The notes: a model not told the origin generated them from the sequence alone. 40,197 bases of DNA from Octopus bimaculoides (GCF_001194135.2 NC_068986.1:30940108-30980304); one strand, 5' to 3'. Counted from the stretch's first letter, positions 1-35,303 are shown. Made by a program: numbers and translations.

Positions 1-1704
1 TATATATATATATATATATCATTAAATATATAGCACTAAAATATTGTGAGAGGAGGAGGAGAGAGCTTTTTAAGATGAGAGAAATGGATGAAAAGTTGGT
101 TTGGCAATAAAAGGATGACATCAACCAGACACCCCTGCCTTGATTAGAGCAAGCACACTAACAACTGTAGTCTCCATAGTCAGGAAACTCGGTGGGTGTG
201 ATCAGAGTAAACAACAACTACTTCACAACAGTTGACTGTAAGACTATTTTTTAAAGTCTACTACCAGTATTGAACAGGAGAATTCATAATTAAATCTTGC
301 AGATTTTTTTTTTCTTAAAAAAAGTTTGAGGTGTATGTATTAGTGATTTTTTTTTCATTAGTTTTGTTCTTTTTTTGAATTTTGTTTATTTAAATTTTTT
401 TTTTCAAAGAAAACCATTTGCACACATTTTTTTTTTTACCTATATAATAGATTTTGTGTTTTTCTTCAGTAAGTGAAAGCAACAAAGTATGTGGCCATAT
501 TTTTTACCAAGCAAGACAAAAACAACACAAAAAATGAGAGAAAAAGAGCGGGTCAGATGTAAATAACTTTGCTTCAATAGAAATAAATGCTTTTATTTTT
601 ATATAAAATGTTTGAGTCAGAGGAAGTGTTTGTTGGAGTAAACACACAGATAAACAAGACATGGATTTAGTATTGAAAAGAGATGTTTAAAGTAGTTTTG
701 ATGGTATGGTCATTAGAAAAGACAGAGGAACTTGACAATAGCAAATCTTTAAAAACTGCTAGGGAAAAAAAATTTAAGAATTAGTTTTTCTTCATGTATC
801 TTCATTTTAAGTTAAGAATATATGGTTTAGCAAAAACTAAATATGTTTTTTTTATTACTTGAATGATTCTTATATTGTATTTGCATATTTATACTATTCA
901 GACAGGAATTAAAAAAAAAAAAAGTTATCCAAATTTTTGATGGTTTAAAGACAAGTGTATTTTGTTTACTAAAATAGATAGGGAGCACTTGTAGCTATGG
1001 CCCCTAGATAAGAAATCAAACTCTCATCCTGTATCTGCTATGATAAATTGAGTTGATGCCATATATTCTACAATGACATGGCTGGTTATGATGTCAAATT
1101 AGTTGACTATTCACAAAGATGCAATAAGAAAACTAGAAACAAACTTATTATTGAAGAAATGCTCTCTTAACTGTGAAACAAAATTTTCAAATTTAAACAG
1201 CACACATGAATCAATGAGAATAAACAAGGGAACGTTGTTGAAATTATATGCTCCATGAAGAAACAGTGGTAAGGGAATGTTGAAGCTGTGTCTACCAGTT
1301 GGCAGAAACTAGAGCCTAATGCTAGCAATAACCTTGAGAAATTATCCACCAGACATCATGAAGACAAATTTACTTGGCACAAATGAAAAAGAAAACCTGC
1401 TAGATACAACAGCCACATTACACCTTACAGAAGAAAAGATAAAGGGATAAATTTGATAAGGTAATCTTGGATGCACTGTGAATAAAAGCAACAAAGGTCA
1501 CAGTAGGAACACATTTGATCATAAGCTTGTTTATTTTCAGAGCCGCCCTGAGGTTACAAAATACAATTTCCTTTCAGCTAAGAGAAGACAAGGAAGAAAT
1601 TAGAACTGAACCAAAATATAAAGGGATATCACAGAGAGAAAGAGAAAGTTGGCAAAGAAGGGAGGTAATTGAAAGAGTCTTTTTTACTATTGGATAAGAT
1701 CAGC

Positions 1705-1875
1705 AAATTCTGTGGGAGGGAGGTTAGTCAATTACATTGACCCTAGGGCTTGACCAGTACTTATTTTATCAATCCTGAGAGGATAAAAGATAAAGTCAAC
1801 CGAGGCAGAATTTGAAACTGGAACACAAAGTGCTGGAAAAATGATGCTAAGCATTTTGTTTGAGGTAACTGGAAG
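1705..1875 (-). mobile_element. SINE family 3 copy
   Basis: gggaggttagtcaattacattgaccc...aaagtcaaccgaggcagaatttgaa, shared with 5052-5260. Confidence 0.7.
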
Positions 1876-2006
1876 AATAAAACGTGGTAATGTTTGGGTA
1901 TTGCCTTAGTTACATCTTAAACAAAATCTGAAGACAAAATAAGAATAAATGTGAAACAAAAGAATCCTTCAACTGATATCTCACTTTAAATCTTACAATA
2001 TATATG

Positions 2007-2043
<37 letters not shown>

Positions 2044-3012
2044 CGCACAATGTAAGAGCGTACCTTGGATGCAAGTCTGATGAAGTGCCACACTAATGTC
2101 TAAAACCGCAAACATTATGTTAATTTTCACTTCAAATTTTTGCATAGACTGGTGTTGCAAGCAGAGTCAGTACAGAAACAATTGTAACAAATCATTAAAG
2201 ATGTGTTAAAGGATTCCTGTGTCTTCTAATTATTTGGATTATATATATATATGAAATCAACATGTAGGGCACCAGGATTGGCTGAGTACTTACTATTTAG
2301 CCTACAGTAGCAACTCATAGTTCTCATTTGTTAGTAGTATATTGTATGTGTGTATATATGTACACACACATCTATATCAATATCTATGTATAAATATATA
2401 CAAAGGTACCAAACTCAGGGATGATTTCATATGTAGCGTTATGTGTAAAAGAACACAAGTAAGGTTCAAAATTATACATACATACATACATGTGTGTGTG
2501 TGTGTGTAATAGCTCTTAATCCTATAACAGCATCAGCCAATGTTGTAAGAAAGCCAGGACTGGATGGTAGATGGTTCTATAGTTCATTCCTTAGCTTTAG
2601 CTTTGTAAATAGACCGCAATATAGGCCCCTGCTTCAGAATGTATTACAGATGTGACAATATCTAGATACATAACAGCTGGAGAGGCAGTTGAGCATTTTA
2701 GAAGGCATATCACTACTACCATCCTGGGCCTAGCTCTTAAGATAAATTGATAACAGATGTGTCTTAAAGAATGACATGAAAGCTGTTTACCAATTCTATA
2801 TACTTGTATTACTCTCTCCATTATCCACTAGGTATTTTATTTTGTCAAACACTATGTCTGCCGCCCTACTGCTATTCACATAAATGAGGATGACAAAGGC
2901 AATTGCTTAGAGAAGACTAATGTTATTAAAAAGATCAAGTCAAAATTATAGCTAACAGTAGTACAACAACAGTTGACTTCTTTGCATCAACCAACTTTTA
3001 TTAAGTTGATCT

Positions 3013-3364
3013 TTTATCTTTTACCTTTTCAGTCACTAGACTGTGGCCATGCTGGGACACCACTTTGAAGAATTTTTAGTTGAATGAATTGACCCCAGGA
3101 CTTTTTTTTTAAAAGCCTGGAACTTATTCTATTAGTATTTTTTTTTTGCCGAACCACTAAGTTATGGGGACATAAACACACCAGCATCAGTTGTCAAGTG
3201 GCGGTCAGAGAAAACACACACACGAAGGGTTTCTTTCAGTTTCTGTCTACTAAATCCACTCACAAGATCAGCCTGAGGCAATAGATGACACTTGCCCAAG
3301 GTGCTATGCAGTGGGTTTGAACCTGGAATCATGCAGTTGAGAAACAAACTTCTAACCAGTCACC
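3013..3364 (-). mobile_element. SINE family 1 copy
   Basis: Reverse-complement match to 30789-31168 (gacacttgcccaaggtgc, gaaccactaagttatggggacataaacacaccagcatc). Confidence 0.82.
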
Positions 3365-3915
3365 AAAATGTCTTCTACTGTTTTGGTTATTTTCTTGCTC
3401 TAATCATTGGAGCAACAATAAACAAAATTAATAAAACCATCAAGCCTATTTTATACAACTATATACTCCAGAAGATAGCATTCACCTAGGCCCAGAAGAT
3501 AATTTCTTTAACAAACTTTTTAACCTGTATTAATGCTTGATTTTTCTTTGTATTTTGTTTATTACTATCTACAAGTTAGAATTAAGGAAATTCAGATACT
3601 TAAGGATTTATAACTAGATGATCATTATACAAGAGCACATTCTAGTTTTATAACACACACATACATGTTCATGGTGGTGCACCAGCATGACCGCAGCCAC
3701 TTGGCTGAAACACATAAATAAATAAATAAAATACATACATCTATAATATAAATACAACCAGCCGAAATTGCAAAGATAATCTGGACCTCGACTGAGGAAA
3801 GAAAACTCCAAATGACCCGTCCTTGCTTTCTTTGTATTGTCTGCCTGGATGTTTTGTTGTCCCTTTTTTGTATCATCTAACTGTCTGGATGTTTTGCGTT
3901 CTTGTCCCATCTTTG

Positions 3916-3961
<46 letters not shown>

Positions 3962-3984
3962 TATAGACAAATAGATAGATAGGT

Positions 3985-4538
3985 NNNNNNNNNNNNNNNN
4001 NNNNNNNNNNNNNNNNNNNNNNNNNNNNNNNNNNNNNNNNNNNNNNNNNNNNNNNNNNNNNNNNNNNNNNNNNNNNNNNNNNNNNNNNNNNNNNNNNNNN
4101 NNNNNNNNNNNNNNNNNNNNNNNNNNNNNNNNNNNNNNNNNNNNNNNNNNNNNNNNNNNNNNNNNNNNNNNNNNNNNNNNNNNNNNNNNNNNNNNNNNNN
4201 NNNNNNNNNNNNNNNNNNNNNNNNNNNNNNNNNNNNNNNNNNNNNNNNNNNNNNNNNNNNNNNNNNNNNNNNNNNNNNNNNNNNNNNNNNNNNNNNNNNN
4301 NNNNNNNNNNNNNNNNNNNNNNNNNNNNNNNNNNNNNNNNNNNNNNNNNNNNNNNNNNNNNNNNNNNNNNNNNNNNNNNNNNNNNNNNNNNNNNNNNNNN
4401 NNNNNNNNNNNNNNNNNNNNNNNNNNNNNNNNNNNNNNNNNNNNNNNNNNNNNNNNNNNNNNNNNNNNNNNNNNNNNNNNNNNNNNNNNNNNNNNNNNNN
4501 NNNNNNNNNNNNNNNNNNNNNNNNNNNNNNNNNNNNNN
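3985..4538. other. Assembly gap (N run) flanked by (TA)n/(GATA) and (GA)n microsatellites
   Basis: N characters. Confidence 0.99.
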
Positions 4539-4570
<32 letters not shown>

Positions 4571-5051
4571 ATTTTAAGTTTTTATTTTTTCAACTAATAA
4601 CTTCACCTCTATGTTTTTTTATTATATTTGTACCCTCATCATTTCAATTGGTTTCATCCCCAAACACAATCCAGTGTCTCTATTCTTCAAGATGCACCTT
4701 CAGTCTGCTCCAGAAATAAGACACCTGGTCGTGATCAAAGATAAAACCTGACTGAAAAGTAATAGGTGCAAATACAAAGAAAGAAATCCATCTTTATAAG
4801 TGAAGAAGTTGTTTTTGTTTCTTTTTTAATTCTGTTTCTAAGTATAAAATTTCCTATTATTAAAACAAGAATATAGAATTATATTTTTTCCTCTGAGCAA
4901 AATCATAATTATTACAATTAATATAACAGAGAAAAAAAGGGAAGTATGATAATCATGCCTTTACAAATAGCAGCACTTGTATTAAATGAAACAGTTGCAA
5001 ATGTAATTGCTGAAAACTGACTAGATCACTAGGGTTCTTAACAATTCTTTC

Positions 5052-5260
5052 TAATTTTGGTACAAAGCCAGGGATCTTGAGAGGAGGGGTAAGTCAATTA
5101 TATAGACCCTTCCCCCAGTACTCAATTGGTACTTATTTTATCAACCTCCAAGAAGATGACAGACAAAGTCGACCTCGGCAGAATTTGAATTCAGAACGTA
5201 AAGACAAATGTAATGCCACTAAACATTTCATCTGGTGTGCTAACGATTCTGCCAGCAATA
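5052..5260 (-). mobile_element. tRNA-like SINE family 3 (central motif reminiscent of Deu/Nin-domain SINEs)
   Basis: Minus strand GCTGGCAGAATCGTTAGCAC...TTCTGAATTCAAATTCTGCCGAGGTCGACTTTGTC. Related copies at about 1705-1875, 14310-14500 and 37995-38190. The domain name is from memory and unverified. Confidence 0.75.
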
Positions 5261-6209
5261 ATGATAATAATAATCATAGTGATAAAATAAAGAAAAACTG
5301 TTGTAGGAAATAAATTAAAACAACTGACAACTGATTTTCCTGCAAGCTAACAAGTGCCATTAAAGAGTGTTACAAAGTTATATAAACGGGTAAGGAAGAA
5401 TGGCTGCAGTTGATAAAGCAATGATGCTCTAAAGCCAAAATGTATAAATTAGAAAACCAACAAAACTCAACAGATACAAGTTATGAGAAATGTTTACTAA
5501 ATGCTGCACATATGTTAAGAACCAGGTGCAAGGTTTTTTTTTAAACAATAAAGTTTGAGAAAATGGACAAATTAAAAGCCAAGAACAGGTTTTGGCATTT
5601 TCAAAGCTGAAAAATGAATAAAAACACTCAAAATAAGCCTCAGCAATGTTCATGGTAATAATCTACAAAGTCTTATTTTACATAGAAAGAGTTACATGAC
5701 TGCATTTTTGTTTTGAACTGTAATATATATAGTAGTATATGAGAGGGAAGGAAAGTACAATCTTAACTTTCTGAGTCTTAGTCCCACCTGCTCTCTATTG
5801 AAGATTGGACAACAAAAGATCCCAACTGAAACAAACACAAGCACAAGTCATGAGCCTGCTCCCAAGCCAGGGCCTTATCTGCCACAATTCTCAACTAGGT
5901 ATTCATAAGGAGAATTAGAGGTTAATAGGTAAATGAAAAAGAATGTATTTAATTCAAATTGATTTTGACAACAAGTAAATACAAACTATGAGTTCTCTCT
6001 CATAAAGACAGAAATGAAAATAGAAGGGGCTGTGTATATAGTGCAGGAAAGTTTCGAATTTAAAATGGAGTTGGGGAGAAAAAGAACAAGGAATGTAGCA
6101 GAGAGAAGAATGGAGGAGACATTAGGAAATCTGAGAATATGTTACAGAAGAAATTAGCAGAGATGAGGAATTTTGAAAAAGAAAGAAAAAAATTCTGGAC
6201 AACTGCTTT

Positions 6210-6500
6210 TTAATTCTTTAACTGGCTTCAATCATTGCAATGTGACCAGAACAAGGTACCACATTTTTTTTTCTGCAGGGGTTCACTTAGTCATACCAAC
6301 CCCAGTAGAACTTATTTTATGAATATCTATTTGTGAAACAGCTAAACACAGACACTGACAGATTACACAGACAAACAACAAGCTCTCCTACAGTTTCCAT
6401 CTACCAAATTTCACTTACAAAGCAGTGCTCAACCTGAGTTTATTAATAGAAGACAATAGCCCAAGGTGCCACAAAGTGGGATTGAACCCAAAGTTAACTT
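6210..6500 (-). mobile_element. SINE family 1 copy, degenerate
   Basis: cagtttccatctaccaaatttcacttacaaag and gcccaaggtgccacaaagtgggattgaaccc match family 1 in reverse. Confidence 0.7.
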
Positions 6501-9174
6501 CTGAGCTACTTTTAATGAATGTGTAGTTGTAGAATATATTGCTAAAAGTTTTATATTTAGTTTATTTTTGGGGTTTATATCTCTCTTCTAATTGCATTTT
6601 TATTCCTCATGTTAGGACATTTCAGTATAGCTGACATATTTGAGTTGTCAAGCTAAAATGCAAAAAAAATCTCTGGCAAATAATCACATTTTCACATTTG
6701 ATTATAAAAGGATATGAAAAAAAAATTAAGGTTTTATGCAAAGGGATGCAGAAATACAGAGAAAATATATGAATTCTTGTATACGTGCATGTGTGTGTGT
6801 GAGTGTTTTTACATCCATTTCTCCAAGCCAGCATAAGTTATACAGACACACACAGGTGCTATCATAAGAAATAAAGGGAATTAATGTGATCAGTGATTAT
6901 GCATAGGAATGAGATAAGCCATGAGACAATGTATATCCGTTATGCATCATGTATGTGTATATGTGTACATACACACTCACGTGCATACACACATATATGC
7001 TGTATATGAAATATGTACACTGACATAACAAAACTATTATAAATAAGCAAGCACTAATGCATACAACTGCTGCCCACCAACAGTGACAACAATATCATCA
7101 CCATCACAATCAACAACAACAACAAGAGTATAGATTCCAAGAACAATCAACCCTAAGGACCTAGGAAGTTTGTGACAGTAAAGTTTTATTAATTCTAAAA
7201 GGTGTCAAATCCATCATTTACTACCTGGCATATAGCTGATTATTCTGAAGCCAAACAGTTTGCTTGTAGTCAATGACAACCACCTTCAACACAATTTTCC
7301 ATCACCACTAATGACAAGAATAACAATGCTGTTTAAATCCCCCACCAAATAATAACACACAATAGCCCATTATATGATGAAATGGTCATGTCCAGAAAGC
7401 CTACTGAGTGGATTTACAAGTCAATATCAAGTATTTGATGAGTAATAGTACCCCCACAGGACACTAGTACCAATGATAAAACTAACAACAAAACACATCA
7501 CCACATATAAAGAGATATTTATCTGTAACCAGAAAGTACAGCTTACAGCTTGGGGTTTTTTTTTCATCTTTTGCAAAAAGAACCATGTTTTTAATGAGGG
7601 AGGGAAAAATTGTTTGTAAGAGAAGTTCATGGGAGTGAGAAACAAATGAGGGAATCAAATATGGAGACAGGGACAGAGACAAACAAACCATGTAAAGAGG
7701 CATTTGGTAAATGTAAGACATGAGCTAAGGAACTAAAAAACATTTAAAATAAAAAAAAAACACCTGCATCCCAAAATAACAATGGTGGGGGTGGGGGGTA
7801 TTATTTTGTTAGAATAAACCAATTAAATAAAAATTTGGTTCCCTGTTTCTTTGACCAAAAGCTTTCAGAACAAAGGTGTATGGTAGTAAACTCAAAACAA
7901 TATCTAAAAACATAAAAAAAAAAAGAACAAACTTTCATACTTTTAATTCTGACAGATTAATAAAGCCAAACTAATCATGTAATTACTAAAAGGGGACAAG
8001 AGAAACAGAGGGGGGTAATAATTATAGATATACATACACACACATACATGTGTATAGTATATGCATGTGTGTATATGTATGTATGTATGTGTGTGTATAT
8101 ATAAAACAAAATCCTGTTTCAATCATTTCGTTTTTGCTGTTTGATACTATATAAAACTACTTTTTTTTTATATATTACTCGTGATATGAATTTTAGAAAT
8201 GCTTTACTAGTAGTAGTAGTTGTAGTAGTAGTAGTAGGAACAAGAGCAACCCCCTAAAAGTCATCATTACTGCTTGCTGCCACAAGAAAAATTCCTGAAA
8301 TGTATTTCATTGGCAACCAAAGTTGGTGCATCCAAAGTCCCAGACAGGCAGTGCATGTGTGTATGCATGCGCACATGTGTGTGTGTGTATGTGGGTTTGT
8401 GTATGCACGTTCAAGAAATACCATTTCAACTGGCTCCTTTAATGCTTCACCCTCCCCACCCATTCACTACCCTGTCTCTTGCCACTTATTTTCTTTGCTT
8501 ATGCTCTTCTTTCTTTCTCTCTCTCACTCTCTCTCTCTCTCTCGCTCTACCTTTCATAATTATTATATTATTATTAATGTTATTATCATTATTATTATTA
8601 TTATTATTATTATGATAATCTTTCTCCATGGGAGAAAACATGTAGCAAATCACATTGTGGTCGTTGCTTTCTGCTGACAGGTTTCGTTTTTTTTTTTTTT
8701 TGTTTGAGTTGTCTGTAACTCTTTTTTTTTTTGTTTTTGTTGTTTTACCATTTCTTTCAAAGCGAAGAAAAAAAGACCAACGAAAAACAAAAAAAAAAAC
8801 AAACAAAACCAAACAAAAACAATCCTTTAATACTTCCTTCTGTTTTGCTGCAGGTAGAGATGTCTGTCTATCCAGTTATTTTGTTGTTTATTTTTTTTTT
8901 CTGATCTAAATTTTGTGTTTTTTCCTTTTCTTTTCACTGAAAATTAAAAAAAAAAAATAAATAAAAAAATACAATACAAAAAGAAAAAAAAAACACCGGC
9001 CACAGACCTTGCTGCTGTCACATTATGATTCTACTGCCAGCCCCACCAAGACCCCTAGTCCAAAACATGTCCATATGTGTGTGTGTGAGTGTTGGTACCT
9101 ACTTCACACTGTACAGTAATAGCAGCCACCAGTTGACAGTGAAGAGGTGCAGACAATAGTAGGAATTGCTGTAG

Positions 9175-9247
9175 AGTAGTAGTAGTAGTAGTAGTAATAG
9201 TAGTAGTAATATTAATAGTAATAGTAGTAGTAGTAGTAGTAGTAGCA
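9175..9247. repeat. (TAG/TAA)n microsatellite in the putative EPC 3' UTR
   Basis: Direct reading. Other SSRs in this region: (GA)n 9625-9660, (TTA)n about 8560-8612, (TAG)n 8208-8237. Confidence 0.9.
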
Positions 9248-9467
9248 GTTAGATAACCTACACAAAACAATGCACTGTACACAGAAAGACAGCCAGACCA
9301 GGCAACAGCAGCTACAGTTTGTGGTTCAATCACTGGCAGGAAGATGGAGCATTCTAGAGGATAGGGGGTAGAAGAACAAGAGTTGAAATGTCTTCAAGGG
9401 CTTTTTTTTTCTTTCTTTCTTTCCAGTATTTTTTTTTTAGTCCGTCAAACTAACCAAATATGGCAGA

Positions 9468-31313
<21,846 letters not shown>

Positions 31314-32104
31314 CTGTGCAGAATGAAGAATGAATAAAATAAATAAACAGCAATAATACAAACCATAAGCAACCACCCTCCCTAGAAAACCTCCCAGAAA
31401 ATAAATATTTCATAATAACAATAATTAAAAATGAACCTTCTATTTTTAATATTTTTTTCAACAAAATTTTACTGAAATTAGTCAATCATAGTTTTACATA
31501 AGAATCTATAGTTGTGTCATAAACATCAGCTCTTTATGTTAAATACACAAAAGAAAAGAAAAAAAGTCATTCGTATTTTTGCTAAATCTCTCAAAATCTT
31601 CATTTTGAAAAATGAAAGGAAACATTTATGCACAACAGTAAGAAACAGGATTAGGAATGTTAATTATATTGCATTTCCTGAATATTTTGTATAACAGTTT
31701 GTGAGCTACAGTATTATTTGTTACATGACTTTCAATGGAACAATCACTAGCTTACGACACTTAAAGAGTAGCAAGGGAGTGTCTCCTGTAACACAAGTGG
31801 AACAAATGCCACAGGGTAATTTTTGCTCCAAAGTGGTTTTCTCATCGATGTTTACATCTTTTGCCAACCTACACTAGCAAGAAATACATACATACACATA
31901 CACTATATTTTCCAGTATAAAATTTAGATTCTTCAGACCAAAATTTAGAGGAGGAAAAAAAAAAAGGACTTAGACTTACACACCTAGACAACTTCGGAGG
32001 ATTGAAAATTCCATGTGAAATGCAGCAGGGTTTGGAAAGATAAGTGATGATGTTTGAATGTTTACACTACACATTACACTGACTTGTATGCCGGAAAATA
32101 CTAT

Positions 32105-32232
32105 AAGGGGCTACTGCATGCTTGCAGGCTACTGGTCAATCTGAGGTTGTGGTGGTATGGTATACAAGTCCACAGTGCCACATGGTTGAGAACCACATCT
32201 TTGAGAAGTAAACTTCTAAAACCACACAGCCA
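32105..32232 (-). mobile_element. SINE family 1 5' fragment
   Basis: gtgccacatggttgagaaccacatc...cttctaaaaccacacagcca matches the family 1 head in reverse. Confidence 0.6.
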
Positions 32233-32790
32233 TATCAGTATCCATGTGCTGTCAATTGTTCAATTTTAACCAAACTTAAGATTTGGTAAATATCTCTAAA
32301 CAATAATCTGAAGAGTCTCAACGGCTTACTGAATATGGTACTGGCTTCTAATGTGTAAGATTGTAATTCTGTATCACACACTATACATATCATACTTGAG
32401 TGATCATGTTGTTGAAGTTTTAAACAGTTTCCAGTACTGAGTTTAAATCCTGTCAAGACTACCTTAGCATTTATTCCTGACCATGCGTAGTAGAAATGCA
32501 GCAGTAAAGTTTTCCAGCCTTTTGCTGAAGCCATGCTGATGATACACATTCAAGAACTATGTAGATCCCCAAATTAAAAGACCTTGTCTTAGCTGATAGG
32601 GATTAGTTCTGCCTTCACCATGTACCACGAAGTTTCAAATATGTCCACCAATCCCTTCACCTCTGCATTTAGAAGTCTGCACTTGATAGGATCATCATAT
32701 CAGAGGATGGATGGATATAACTATATTCATATAACAAATACATATAACTGTAGTCAGAAGAAAAACACATATGTACAAGCATATATATAA

Positions 32791-32933
32791 AATCAGAAAA
32801 TGGAGAAAACCTCAGATTAACAAACACATCGGTTGGACCACATTTATAGCTTATTTTTGTATTTAAAAAATAAGCTATAAATGTGGTCCAACCGATGTGT
32901 TTGTTAATCTGAGGTTTTCTCCATTTTCTGATT
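32791..32933. repeat. Perfect inverted repeat, 68-bp arms with 7-nt spacer
   Basis: 32791-32858 is the exact reverse complement of 32866-32933; spacer GTATTTA. Confidence 0.95.
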
Positions 32934-33302
32934 ATTTATATTTGTTTCCTGATAAACTCTTGTTTATCCTGTTGTTACCTGCACTCTACATGCATAGTGT
33001 GTCTGCACACCAATGCCCGGAGTACATACAGATAGTACATACAGATACATATTATAATCGCTAGAGTTATTTAATATTGCTACATTGGTTATATGGAACT
33101 GAAAATCAGCAAATAATTGTATCATTACTCATTTAACAACCACAGAATATAAGTTCCACTCTCATCCAGTTTTTTTCTGTTTTTTTAAAAAACATCCATG
33201 ATTTAATCCAGAGAGAAGGCAGTGCCTTAAAACCTCTGGGACAAACAATAGTGGTGGTGGTGGTTTTGGTGACGGTGGTAGTAGAAGGGAAAAAAACACA
33301 GC

Positions 33303-34602
33303 TTAACCTTTTAGCATTTAAACCAACCATATCCAGCCCCAAATTTTCAACCTGTTTTACGTTTAAACTGGCCAGATCCGGCCTCTCACACTTACATAGC
33401 AACATCATTGTAAAAATATACAATTACATATTTCTGGTAAGGCAGCTGCAGGAGAAATACACAGCCAAAGATAAACCTTTGTACTTGGCTTTTGTTGATT
33501 TAGAGAAAGCTTTTGACAGGGGCCCCCAATCCCTTATCTTGTGGTCAATGTGGAAACTAGGGATAGATGAGTGGTTGGTGAGAGCTGTACAAGCCATGTA
33601 CAGGAACGCTTTCGAGTAACTGGCCCTGTTCAAGCCCTGTTCTATCTGTAGAAAAGGCCTAGGTTGAAACTATGGCCTAGGTGTAAGCTATGGACACATG
33701 AGAGGTGCAGCAATATCAGAGGAAGGTTAACAGGGAAAATAGCTTGTGTGTGTGGAAGATGCACAGGTACAATAAACACTGAAAATGTACATAAAATAGA
33801 CTCCATCAACTGCCAGGGAAGGGGTAAGCCAGAGGTAGTAGATAGCTTCTGTTATTTAGGTGACCAAGTTAATAGCAGGGGTAGATGCTCCGAAACTGTA
33901 GCTGTGAGAATAAGATTAGGTTGGGCAAAGTTCAGAGAGCTCCTACCTCTCCTGGCAACAAAAAGCTTCTCCCTCAGAGTGAAAAGCAGATTGTATGATG
34001 TCTGTGTGCGAACAGGTATGCTACACGATAGTGAAACATGGGCTGTGACAGCTAAGGACATGCGTAGGCTCGAAAGAAACAAAGCCAGTATGCTTTGCTG
34101 GATGTGCAATGTCCGTGTACATGTACAACAGAGTGTAAGCATCTTGAGAGAAAAGTTGGGCATAAGAGGCATCAGATGTGGCGTGCAAGAGAGACGACTG
34201 CATTGGTATGGTCATGTGATGCGTATGGACAAGGACAGCTGTGTAAAGAAGTACTGATGTCTAATCGTGGAAGGAACCTGTGGTGGAGGTAGATCCACGA
34301 AGACATGGGACAAAGTGGTGAAGCATGATCTTCAAGCTTTGGGCCTCATGGAGGCAATGACGAATGACCAAGACCTTTGGCATTATGCCGTGCTTGAGAA
34401 GAAGACCCATCAAGCCAAGTAAAATCACATTTGTGGTAAATACTGGTGTTACACAAATGGCATTCATGCCAGTGGCATGTAAAAGCACCCATTACACTCT
34501 CAGGGTGGTTGGTATTAGGAAGGGAATCCAGCCGTAGAAACCATGCCAAATTGAACTGGAGTGTGGTGCAGCCTTCCAGCTTGCCAGCATGGACAACGGA
34601 TG

Positions 34603-34647
<45 letters not shown>

Positions 34648-34657
34648 NNNNNNNNNN

Positions 34658-34702
<45 letters not shown>

Positions 34703-34811
34703 ATGACATCATTGAAATTTCAAAACTATAGGACAATGCATGATTAATTCAAATCAATGTAAATAAATAAGCATTACATTTGATAGAATAATGTGAATGC
34801 TAAAGGTCTAA
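33303..34811. mobile_element. Second copy of the same TTAA MITE, split in two (33303-33429 and 34703-34811) by the RTE LINE
   Basis: Left half ttaaccttttagcatttaaacc...gcctctcacac aligns to 29663-29790. Right half acatcattgaaatttcaaaact...tgattaattc...aatgctaaaggtctaa aligns to 29785-29863. Confidence 0.8.
33427..34702 (+). mobile_element. 5'-truncated, internally deleted RTE-clade LINE (RT C-terminal half, 3' UTR, (GAT)n tail)
   Basis: ORFs 33251-33619 and 33664-34257 carry IFLVRQLQEKY...LAFVDLEKAFDR, VVDSFCYLGD, RIRLGWAKFRELLPLL, GMLHDSETWA and RRLHWYGHVMRMD. Frameshifts and stops are present and the YADD segment is missing. Ends in a (GAT)n tail containing a 10-N gap. Confidence 0.92.
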
Positions 34812-35303
34812 CGGTTGCTACAAAAAGAAGCAATGCACCAAGATGTCCAGTTATTTTCAGGCCCCAGAAAGTTGGTCCAAATGCTTGCATTAGAGAAGAC
34901 TCTGCTAAAGCCACCCAAGGGCCAGATAGTGACATTAAACTAGTTAATTAATGGCTATTTCTTTCTCTCTCTCTCTCTCCATGTACACAAAACAGAGACA
35001 ATATAATTTCCCCCAATTATCACAATAATGTGCAAGTTTAGTTTTCCAAATTCAAACTTCATAAAAAATTCATCTTTATCAAAGCAGTTGAGCTGAAAGT
35101 ATTTAATGGATGAGAGGAAGTCAGAGGGAATAACTCTTTTCTGAGAGGATGTTGGCTGAATCAATGAGATAAAAAATTGATATTTTGAGGAATAAGCAGC
35201 AAGTTTGCAAATGATTGCAAATGGCAGTTGATGTTTCCCCTTCATTTGAATATTGAGGAAGTATCATCAGCTTGGATTTCTTTTATTGTTGCTGTTGTAG
35301 TTG

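Noticed and set aside
8680-8825. T-rich block followed by A-rich block that could fold back
   Set aside because: Pairing arises from low-complexity homopolymers and is not specific.
8254-9333. Cluster of 69-125 aa ORFs on both strands
   Set aside because: Translations of (GT)n, (CT)n, (TTA)n, (TAG)n and poly-A/T tracts downstream of the EPC stop (putative 3' UTR); no protein-like content.
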